Below the pieces are notes generated by a model that was not told the DNA's origin, ran no database searches, and worked only from the letters and a program-made list of their open reading frames with translations. A DNA stretch of 8,647 nucleotides, counting the filler, from Cystobasidiomycetes sp. EMM_F5 (Eukaryota), in the NCBI GenBank assembly GCA_051047955.1. It is 2 parts of 2 records of this genome, joined end to end, with 100 filler letters (N's around TTAATTAATTAA, not from the genome) between each part and the next. Parts side by side here need not be neighbours in the genome. Positions count along the whole stretch, not along the records: positions 1 to 4,327 come from JBPGPT010000097.1; positions 4,428 to 8,647 come from JBPGPT010000098.1. One strand, 5' to 3'. A program made the position numbers and the translations under genes. Shown here piece after piece: positions 1 through 7,855 of this stretch; the stretch's first letter is position 1; each line of letters starts with the position of its first letter.

Positions 1-23
1 CTTTTTTAGAGAATCTAAAAAGA

Positions 24-55
24 AGAAGTAATCGAAATGAATCTGAAAAAGTAAA
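24..55 (+). repeat. Copy of the palindrome arm found upstream of nad4, abutting the nad2 ATG
   Basis: 30-55 (AATCGAAATGAATCTGAAAAAGTAAA) is identical to 2616-2641; 24-55 matches 2610-2641 with one mismatch. Confidence 0.9.
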
Positions 56-1723
56 ATGCTTATAATTGGGCTTATTTCATTATTATTAGCCATTGGCCTG
101 GGTGTAACCCGGTCCAATACGCATGATTCTTCTACTATCCCCTCCACATTATTAATGCGGATGACCTCCATTATTCTTATTTTTGGTGCCCTATTGTCTT
201 TTAATGCATTATATGTACAAGCAATTGGATCCGGTTTAGGGTTATATAGTGGTTTATTCCATGTAACTAGCGTTACACAAGCGATAGAAATCTTTATTTT
301 TGCTGTGGGTGCTTTCATTTTATTGCCTGAACAAGCTATTCCATATTTGACTTTGCAAGTTCCTGCGAATGAAAAAATAAAAATCCAGAATGGGTTAGTG
401 GTTGACAATTTTTCAACCAATAAAAAAGAACCAAGTAAGAGTGTGCAAGCAGAATACCCAATAATCATTTTATTCACCACGATTGGAGCATCCTTTTTAA
501 TTTCAAGTTCCGACTTAGTTTCAATATACTTATCCATTGAACTACAAAGTTTTGCAGTCTACATTTTAGCAGCCATTAACCGAAACTCAGAGTCAGCAAC
601 ATCAGCGGGACTAAAGTATTTTTTATTGGGGGCTTTATCTTCTGCTCTAATCTTACTGGGTTCTAGTCTTATTTATGCTTATACAGGGCTAACTAGCTTT
701 GAAGGTATTTATATGCTTCAAAATACACATTCACTTGCGAACAATACTGAAGAAACGATAACGGTTGCTTCTGGTGTAGTCATTATTGGAGTCGGATTTT
801 TATTCAAAGTTGCGGCTGCGCCCTTCCACAGTTGAGCTCCAGATGTCTATGACGGAGTGCCTACGATAGTGACAACCTGGTTAACCGTAATGCCTAAAAT
901 TTCGATTTTTGTCTTTTTACTAAGTGCTGACCTGTTAAATTTTGACTTGCTTGACGTTGCAATAACCGGAGATACAAATGATGTATGAAAAACTTTACTT
1001 TTAACCACCTCTCTATTGTCCTTAGTCATTGGAACCGTGGTAGGATTAGCTCAGTATAGATTAAAACGTTTACTAGCGTATTCAACCATTTCTCACGTTG
1101 GGTTTTTATTACTAGCACTCTGTGTAAATAGTGAAAAGTCAACTATAAGTTTTTTATTCTACCTAATGCAATACTCGATTACTAACTTAAATGCCTTTTT
1201 AGTTGTTTTGGCTTTAGGCTATATTAGTTATCAACTGCCTACGATTCGTTTATCTTGAGGCCCTTCAACAACCTCAAGAGATATTACTCTAATCTCTCAA
1301 TTAAAAGGGGAGTTACACACAAACCCTGTGCTAAGTATAAGCTTAGCTATTTGTTTATTTTCAATGGCAGGTATTCCACCTCTATTGGGATTTTTTGCCA
1401 AATACTTAGTTTTATACTCAGCCATCGAAAACGGATACTATTTTTTAGCTTTAATTGGTATTTTAGCCAGTGTAGTAAGTGCAGTATACTATTTACGGAT
1501 TATTCGGGTTGTATTTATAAACTATGAACAACGGAAGGAGGCAGAAAGGTATAATTCTACGTCGTTCCAAAAGGAATTTGAAAACAAAGATACTAGTCGT
1601 ATTACAAACACGCATAGCTACCTAATTGCCGTGTTTACCCTATTTATTACAATGTTTATTTTATCTCCGTCCTTATTTTTAAATTGCAGTAATCTACTTG
1701 CATTGTCTTTATTCACAGCATAA
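56..1723 (+). CDS. nad2: NADH dehydrogenase subunit 2 (mitochondrial, code 4), 555 aa
   Basis: ORF pieces 56..835, 1016..1258 and 1328..1723 share one frame and are separated only by in-frame TGA codons (833, 986, 1256), including the conserved [14 protein letters not shown]rp. Motifs: [53 protein letters not shown]. Stop TAA at 1721-1723. Confidence 0.97.
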
Positions 1724-2109
1724 TGACAGTTACAGTATTATTAATTTTTGTTCCTGTATTAGCCATTATTTTACTTATGTTGAATGTACTACTTGCTGTG
1801 CATCGGCCAGACACAGAAAAAGTTACACCATATGAGTGCGGATTTAATCCTATTTACAATCAAGTACGAGCACCTTTTGCCGTGCAATACTACCTGGTTG
1901 GTATTTTATTTTTGATTTTTGACCTTGAAATTGCCGTTTTTTACCCTTTAGCAGTAACCTTGTACCAAGTAAGTAGTTACGGGTTTTGAATTGGGATAAT
2001 TTTTTTACTTTTATTAACCGTAGGGTTTGTCTATGAGTTGCAAAAAGGAGCCTTGTACTTTACTGATCATAGATCTGAAGTCTCAAAGACCGTTATTAAT
2101 CGACCCTAA
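1723..2109 (+). CDS. nad3: NADH dehydrogenase subunit 3 (mitochondrial, code 4), 128 aa
   Basis: Motifs [25 protein letters not shown] and LTVGFVYEL. Reads through TGA (Trp) at 1987-1989 to TAA at 2107-2109. The ATG overlaps the nad2 stop (TAATG). Confidence 0.97.
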
Positions 2110-2154
2110 GAGAACTCCGGGCCTCCTACCCCCTTTGTTCTTTTTATTGGTTTG

Positions 2155-2269
2155 TGATTAACCTTTAGGTTAATCAGGTTGTGGCTGAGTTTGTTGCTTT
2201 ATAAAGCTTCTGAATATTTATAAAAAAAAATATTCAGAAGCTTGATAACTTGCGGAGGTTTTATCAAGC
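2155..2269. repeat. Cluster of short palindromes downstream of nad3
   Basis: TGATTAACCT/AGGTTAATCA (2155-2164/2167-2176); AAGCTTCTGAATATTT/AAATATTCAGAAGCTT (2204-2219/2228-2243); GCTTGATAA/TTATCAAGC (2240-2248/2261-2269). Confidence 0.85.
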
Positions 2270-2385
2270 GCCTGATTTTTGTGGCACCAAACAAGTACCT
2301 TAAAAATTTTAATGTGCATTTGTGAAAATTTCCCCATTTTAAGGACGCTTATTTATTATTTGAGTTTTCAGGGCTCTAGTTTTTC

Positions 2386-2503
2386 GTTGCTGAGTTTGTT
2401 GAATATGTTGCTGAGTTTGTTGAATAAACTTCAACAATAACCTCAGCAAATTCAACAAAGGGGCCCGTTCTTTATTAATCATAAATAATGCCCCTGAAAA
2501 AGG
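2386..2503. repeat. Dispersed intergenic repeat (GCTGAGTTTGTTG family), left copy
   Basis: Tandem 20-mer GTTGCTGAGTTTGTTGAATA at 2386-2405 and 2407-2426. 2405-2478 is the reverse complement of 4245-4327 apart from a 9-bp indel; 2487-2503 matches the reverse complement of 4175-4190 with a 1-bp indel. Confidence 0.9.
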
Positions 2504-2563
2504 CCCTGAAAATGGATTCTGATCCCTGAATCTTTGAAATATTCGAAACATCAGGATGTTTCG

Positions 2564-2642
2564 ATTTACTTTTTCAGATTCATTTCGATTCCTTCTCAAG
2601 CTCTGCTTGAGAAGGAATCGAAATGAATCTGAAAAAGTAAAT
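2564..2642. repeat. Perfect 38-bp inverted repeat with 3-nt loop upstream of nad4
   Basis: 2564-2601 (ATTTACTTTTTCAGATTCATTTCGATTCCTTCTCAAGC) is the exact reverse complement of 2605-2642; loop TCT. Confidence 0.95.
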
Positions 2643-2668
2643 GTAGAGGCCAAAAAAATATTTATACA

Positions 2669-4150
2669 TTGCTAACATCATTATTACTTATTCCAATTTT
2701 AGGGGTATTAGCCCTAAGTTTTGTGTCAGAAAATTCAAAATCTAGAATTAAACAAATTGCCTTGTTTGCAACCTTACTCAACTTTATTGTGTCACTGGTA
2801 CTATGAGGAGAGTTTGATAGCAATTCAAGCCAATACCAATTTACAACTGAATTTAATGAAGTAAACTTTTGTCATTTACATATTGGGGTCGACGGGTTAT
2901 CTCTATACTATGTATTACTAACAACCTTTACCATGCCTATCTGTTTGTTAGCCAGTTGAGAAAATGTCCAAGTTTTTGGCGAATCAACTAAGGCAAATAA
3001 CCAATTAAAATATTTTATAATGGCCTTTTTAATGCTAGAGTCACTATTAATTGCCCTATTTGTAGTATTAGACCTATTACTGTTTTATGTTTTTTTTGAG
3101 TCGGTGTTAATTCCCTTGTTCTTAGTTGTAGGTATCTGAGGTGCAACCGAAACCCGGATTCGTGCTAGCTTTTTACTATTCCTATATACACTGTTTGGGT
3201 CTTTATTTATGTTACTAGCCTTTTTAGTAATTATTTACAACGTGGGTACATCAGATTTACAAGTGATTTCAATGGCAGACATCAGTTTTGAAAGTCAAAA
3301 ATATTTATGATTAGCCATTTTTTTAAGCTTTGCCATTAAAACACCTTTAGTTCCTTTCCATTTGTGATTAATTAAAGCTCATGTTGAAGCACCGGTTGCA
3401 GGGAGTATGGTATTAGCGGGGCTTGTTTTAAAACTAGCTACATACGGTATTCTTCGTATTCTTATTCCTATTCTCCCTGAGGCAACAGCGTACTTTACTC
3501 CTTTAGCTTATACCTTCGGGATTGTATCTATTATTTATGCCTCATTATCAGCTTTACGACAAATCGATTTTAAATGTTTAGTTGCATATAGTTCTATTGC
3601 TCATATGGGGGTTGTTATTTTAGGTTTATTCAGTAATACTATTCAAGGTATTGAAGGGGCTATTGTATTATCAATTGGCCACGGTTTTGTTTCACCGGCA
3701 CTTTTCTTCATTGTCGGATCCGTTCTTTATGATAGATATCATACTCGGGTAATTAGATATTATAGAGGGTTGGTTTTATATATGCCAGTTGCAATGTTGT
3801 TATTTTTCTTATTTACTCTAGCCAACATGGGAACACCGGGTATTTCTGTCAACTGAGTAGGGGAATTATTAGCATTAACCGGAGCATACCAATTAAACCC
3901 TATTGCAACGCTTGTAGGGGCTACATCTATTGTATTATCTGCAGGGTATTCCATCTGACTCTTTAACAGACTCGCTTTTGGGGCCTACAGTCCTTATTTG
4001 TCTGTATCAACCCAAAGCTCCCATGATTTATCTCGGCGAGAATACCTAATTTTATTTAGTTTACTAATTCCAACCATTGTATTTGCACTATTTCCAAATT
4101 TATTGTTAGATAATTTACATTACAGTGTATCAACTCTTATTTATACTTAA
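2669..4150 (+). CDS. nad4: NADH dehydrogenase subunit 4 (mitochondrial, code 4), about 493 aa, probable TTG start
   Basis: Single open frame in code 4 from (L/M)LTSLLLIPILG through [72 protein letters not shown] and LYDRYHTR to TAA at 4148-4150. The start position is inferred from the usual N-terminus. Confidence 0.95.
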
Positions 4151-4174
4151 AATAAACGATAATCAATGAAAAGA

Positions 4175-4327
4175 CCTTTTCAGGGGCATTCTTTATTAAG
4201 CATCTGAATATTTATAAAATAAATATTCACACGCCAGAATAAGCTTAATAAAGAACGGGCCCCTTTGCTGAGTTTGTTGAATTTGCTGAGGTTATTGTTG
4301 AAGTTTATTCAACAAACTCAGCAACAT
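4175..4327. repeat. Dispersed intergenic repeat, right (inverted) copy with nested hairpins; runs into the contig end
   Basis: Inverted copy of 2405-2503. Internal stems: 4189-4201/4243-4255 (13 bp), 4205-4215/4219-4229 (11 bp, related to the 2204-2243 hairpin) and 4265-4282/4307-4324 (18 bp). Confidence 0.9.
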
Positions 4328-4427
4328 NNNNNNNNNNNNNNNNNNNNNNNNNNNNNNNNNNNNNNNNNNNNTTAATTAATTAANNNNNNNNNNNNNNNNN
4401 NNNNNNNNNNNNNNNNNNNNNNNNNNN
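4328..4427. other. Artificial contig-joining spacer (six-frame stop linker)
   Basis: Exactly 44 N + TTAATTAATTAA + 44 N = 100 bp; TTAATTAATTAA gives stops in all six frames. Confidence 0.97.
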
Positions 4428-4510
4428 ATTCTATGATGACGTAATGTTCTCGAATGTTCCAGAACGTGCCAGAGACTGACGTGAGGGCTCCTTGAGCTCA
4501 GTTCGTGACA
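4428..4510. mobile_element. Probable terminus of a second LTR element nested in the RT region
   Basis: RT similarity stops right after MPFGLTNAP. On the minus strand the foreign sequence begins TGTCACG (4510-4504), a typical Ty3/Gypsy LTR terminus, and the contig breaks 83 bp later. Confidence 0.65.
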
Positions 4511-5741
4511 CCGGAGCATTCGTTAAGCCGAACGGCATGACCATACACTCAAAGTGGCCGTAGCGTGTACGAAATGCGGTTTTCCATTCGTCGCCTGCTC
4601 TGACACGGACTAGGTTATAAGCTCCTCGAAGGTCAAGCTTAGTGAAGATTTTGGCTCGTCGTAACCTGTCGAGAGCTTCAGGGATGAGTGGTAGTGGATA
4701 TCTGTTTTTGATAGTGACGTTATTCAAAGCGCGATAATCTACACACAATCTCAAAGATCCATCCTTCTTTTTGACGAAAAGGATCGGAGATCCAGCAGGA
4801 GAGCGTGATGCCCGAATGAAGCCTTTGGCCAGGTTCTCTTCGAGCCATTCAGATAGAGCCTTAAGTTCCAATTCGGACAAGGAATAGAGAGGGCCGTAGG
4901 GTGGAGTTTTGCCTTCCTCTAGCTCGATACTGAGGTCATAAGGCCTATGAGGCGGCAACTTGTCGGCCTTCGTTTTGGAGAAAGCGGCCAGCTTGTCATG
5001 GTATTCGGCAGGGACCGTCTTTTTCAGGATACTGACGTAGTCTTTTGGGTCCGGCAGATCTTCAGCTGTAGACGGTGATGTAAAGGCACCATCTGTGACT
5101 GCACCGAGTACCATGTCGTCGCCTTCGTGATAAAAGAGGGTTCCGCCTGAAGCGCCTTCCTCGGCAATATCGGATCCCATTTGATCTGCGTCGGCAAAAG
5201 CGATGTCAAGGGAACTAGCTGTTGGAACGAAGGGGAGTCCTCGAAGCTCAATTCGAGAGTCGTGACCCTTCGGCGGGATCGTGAGCACTTTGCGCTTCCA
5301 GTCAATTTCCGGGTTGATAGCATGCAACCAGGGCATGCCTAGGATGATAGGGTACGTGCCGAGCTTGGTCACGTCTAATGACATGGGGTAGGGAGTCCCA
5401 CCAGTCGTCATTTTGAGATTACAGGTGTGTGTGATGGCGCCTGATTCTATAGGCCTACCATCAATCACATACAGAGCGGATGGCACCTTTTTCGGGGTCA
5501 TGGACAGCTGATATCGGTAAACAAATTGCTGATCTACGAAGTCTGAGGTTGCGCCACTATCGAGTAGCGCATGAGCAGGCAGGGCTACTACTGAACCGTC
5601 TGGCAAGAACTGATGTAGCTTGATGGGTATGACAAAAGGCGTCGAACTGTTGTCGTTGGTTCCACTGACGTTGGAATTTCCGAATCGCCCTTCTTGCGTG
5701 TCCGAGGCAGGGCGTATTGCCGTTGGACCGCTCAGTTTTCC
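4511..5741 (-). pseudogene. pol: pol (aspartic protease + N-terminal reverse transcriptase), interrupted before YxDD
   Basis: Protease motifs [11 protein letters not shown] and [10 protein letters not shown] motifs [41 protein letters not shown] and [24 protein letters not shown]. The frame is open from the slippery site at 5741; the TTG start at 5606 in the ORF track is not a true start. Confidence 0.92.
5686..5741 (-). promoter_or_regulatory. Programmed -1 ribosomal frameshift signal (G GAA AAC + predicted pseudoknot)
   Basis: Heptamer GGAAAAC (5741-5735) lies directly before the gag TGA, and the -1 frame is open into the protease. After a 6-nt spacer come stems GUCC/GGAC and GGCA/UGCC; loop CGCCC is complementary to downstream GGGCG (5690-5686). 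Confidence 0.85.
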
Positions 5742-6718
5742 GACTTGACGTTAGTAATGCGTCCGGTCTTGTCGATTGGGGCTGTAAGCGTTGCTTGGAT
5801 GCGAGCTTTGGGTCTTTTGGCGGGGCAATCGTTAACCCGGTGACCTGCTTTGCCGCAGTATAGGCATAGATTGTTTTGAATTCTATGCTGTTTCTCGGTC
5901 GGTGTGAGAGGCTTGAATCTTCGCTCGGTTGAGGCGTCAATATCCATGGTCATGGGCATTGAAACCTGCCGGACATGCATTTGTGGTTTGAAGTCGGGAC
6001 GCGGCGGTACTCGGCGTTGATTATTGTTGTGGTGATGTGTTTTGTGCTGAGGGGGTTTTACAAAACCTCCCCTAGCTTCCTGCTTCCTCTCGTACAACCG
6101 GTTGTCGATCTTGACGCACAGGTTCTGGAAGTCTTGGAAAGTGTCTGGTTCATCGACGACTAGTGCCAAAGCATCCTTGACTTCGGGTTTGAGGCCGTCG
6201 TAGAAATACGTCTTAAGGCCTGCCTCATTGTTGTCCAAATATTGGGAGATGCTGTCGAACTCCGTTCGAAAATTTGCGCACGACGTTGTCTGTTTGAGGG
6301 CGCGCAGTCGTTTGGTCATGGTGTGCGAACGATCGGGGTCTCCCAGAGCACGGATCATTTCTCTTGCGAAATACTCGAAGTCAAGCATCATTGCGTCTCC
6401 AGAGCGATGGAGGTACGGCTCGATCCAAGAGAAAGCGCGTCCCCGAAGGTATGTTGCCACGAAGGAGATTTTAGCAGCATCATTGATGAACAGGTGCTGA
6501 TTGCCTGCTATGAATAGCCTGACTTGCGCAATGAAGTCGGTGCAAGCAGCTTTGTCCTTGCCGTCATACTCGTCGGGCTTGTTAAACAGTTTTCCTAATC
6601 CCGAACTATAGTTGCTGTTTGCAGCAACATTGGCGGCTTCGGCGGCCTGCTGTGCCATGAGCATGGCGTTGGTGGCAGCGTTGGCGGCCGTAGTGGCTTG
6701 TCCGAGAGACTCTTCCAT
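5732..6718 (-). CDS. gag: Gag (capsid + CCHC zinc knuckle), 328 aa
   Basis: First in-frame ATG at 6718 after an upstream TAA (6820-6818). Capsid-like KPDEYDGKD...[17 protein letters not shown] and [11 protein letters not shown]; knuckle [14 protein letters not shown] (CX2CX4HX4C); stop TGA (standard code). Confidence 0.93.
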   Translation of the reverse strand: MEESLGQATTAANAATNAMLMAQQAAEAANVAANSNYSSGLGKLFNKPDEYDGKDKAACTDFIAQVRLFIAGNQHLFINDAAKISFVATYLRGRAFSWIEPYLHRSGDAMMLDFEYFAREMIRALGDPDRSHTMTKRLRALKQTTSCANFRTEFDSISQYLDNNEAGLKTYFYDGLKPEVKDALALVVDEPDTFQDFQNLCVKIDNRLYERKQEARGGFVKPPQHKTHHHNNNQRRVPPRPDFKPQMHVRQVSMPMTMDIDASTERRFKPLTPTEKQHRIQNNLCLYCGKAGHRVNDCPAKRPKARIQATLTAPIDKTGRITNVKSEN

Positions 6719-6765
6719 TGCGAGCAAGCGTGGGTAAATAGAGTACTTGCTGAAGGCAAATTCCG

Positions 6766-6777
6766 ACTTCTGTTCTA
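6766..6777 (-). promoter_or_regulatory. Self-priming primer binding site
   Basis: AGAACAGAAGT (6776-6766) lies 3 nt inside the LTR end at 6780 and is the exact complement of ACTTCTGTTCT (6994-6984) in the LTR. There is no TGG-type tRNA PBS. Confidence 0.8.
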
Positions 6778-6779
6778 GT

Positions 6780-7040
6780 TGTCGGACACCAACCTTGACT
6801 GGGTAGGTGGATGGGGTTTACAGACTTTGCCGAATTAAGTACGACGTCGCTGGGTTTGCAGATGGCGGCCGGAGTGTTGCCTTGGAGTGAAGGACCCAAC
6901 AGCGTGTCGAGGTGCACAGGGGACAAGAGTAACACTTAGTCGAGGCTAAGGTTGAGGGAAAGGTATTTTTATATTGACAAAACAGAACAGAAGTGAAGAA
7001 GAAAGAAGAGGATCTATCCGTACAACGATTTTAAACCTTT
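6780..7040 (-). repeat. 5' LTR, promoter-R-U5 portion (LTR continues to higher coordinates)
   Basis: Ends in CCGACA at 6780. 6780-6832 aligns without gaps to 8595-8647 (40/53 identical), starting at the same terminal TG. TATA-like TTTAAAA (7035-7029), a pyrimidine-rich tract and an AATATAAAAA poly(A)-like signal near 6975-6966. Confidence 0.75.
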
Positions 7041-7336
7041 GCTGGCTGGCGCTAGTCGTGCTGACTCGACCACGCTAATCTAAACTGCATTTCTAATTTT
7101 GAAATTCCATATTTACAAGCCTGCGCTAGCGAGGGCGCGCTAGTGTCGATGGTGCTTCGATGGCGCTAGCCCAAAGCCAGCCACGCGCACTGATAACACT
7201 TTTATTTTGATAAGACTCGTCCGAGTTCTGCATTTCGAAATTCGCTAGGCTCCCGCCCATCTCCTTTCTCTTCTTGTCTTTCCACACATCACTTGGATAT
7301 TCCAATAACTCGAATCCGTCACACGTCGCTATCGTC

Positions 7337-7855
7337 ATGTCGCTTAACAACTTTGCGGAGTCCGTCCGAGCTTTCGCCAATCACGGCAAGTGCAACATGG
7401 CCGGATGTCTGTTCTGCGACTATCCCCCACAGGGTATTGCTGTCTTCCTCTCATAGCAGTAGCACCAGGCTGACATACCATTAGGCCTGTCTCCCATTGA
7501 TCTGTGCACTCCAAGCAGCAATGGCTCTTCGTTTGGTTTTGCGGACCATCCTTCATTTTCGCTCGTCACGGGATCCCCTGGTAGCACACCATATCCCTTT
7601 GCTTATCAAGCGCCTTCGCCTGCCTACGTTTCCCCCTCGCCTCAAGGATACATCGATCCTTCCAACATTTTCATTCCTCCTCAGTCGCCGTCGGGATGGA
7701 CTATGCCTTCCCCGGTTGCCGACAACTCCGGTTGGGACATTCCTTCCCCGGCCGGAACCACTGCCTCGATTGGCCAGCAGATGGATCAGGCACAGGTAGA
7801 TTTTGTTAGGAATGTCTTTGCTTTTGTAATTCGTATTTTGGAAATTCGCCTGTAG
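7337..7855 (+). CDS. Predicted two-exon gene (7337-7433, 7485-7855), 155-aa protein of unknown function, antisense to gag
   Basis: 51-nt intron 7434-7484 with GTATTG donor, GCTGAC branch site (7469-7474) and TAG acceptor. Splicing removes an in-frame TAG (7454-7456) and joins a stop-free 371-nt exon. Pyrimidine-rich leader and T/GT-rich 3' UTR-like tail. Confidence 0.65.

Noticed and set aside
2184..2460. CRISPR-like array of GCTGAGTTTGTTG repeats
   Set aside because: Irregular spacing, mixed orientations, no unique spacers of regular length, no cas genes, and a mitochondrial context.
2339..2653. 104-aa minus-strand ORF with QQTQQ repeats
   Set aside because: It is a translation of the palindromic and tandem intergenic repeats, with a non-ATG start and no recognisable domain.
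847..3954. Small alternative-frame or antisense ORFs over nad genes (847-1029, 1255-1527, 3760-3954)
   Set aside because: Shadows of conserved coding frames with no independent support.
56..4150. nad2, nad3 and nad4 as fragmented pseudogenes, as the ORF track suggests
   Set aside because: All internal breaks are in-frame TGA codons, many at conserved Trp positions; the genes are continuous in code 4.
4328..4427. TTAATTAATTAA palindrome as a biological junction or target site between mtDNA and the retrotransposon
   Set aside because: It is centred in exactly 44+44 Ns and is a six-frame stop linker; adjacency and orientation across it are not evidence.
4431..5606. RT as a group II intron maturase or mitochondrial retroplasmid RT
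   Set aside because: It is preceded by an aspartic protease and a CCHC Gag and has Ty3/Gypsy RT motifs, so it is an LTR retrotransposon.
5024..6935. Overlapping ORFs 5024-5323, 5557-5940, 5975-6163, 6228-6500, 6242-6517 and 6606-6935
   Set aside because: Alternative-frame or antisense shadows of GC-rich gag/pol. 5557-5940 spans the gag-pol junction but is not in the protease frame.
7126..7799. ORFs 7126-7380, 7293-7484, 7344-7556 and 7497-7799 as genes
   Set aside because: No recognisable features; the region is better explained by the spliced 7337-7855 model, of which 7274-7456 contains exon 1.
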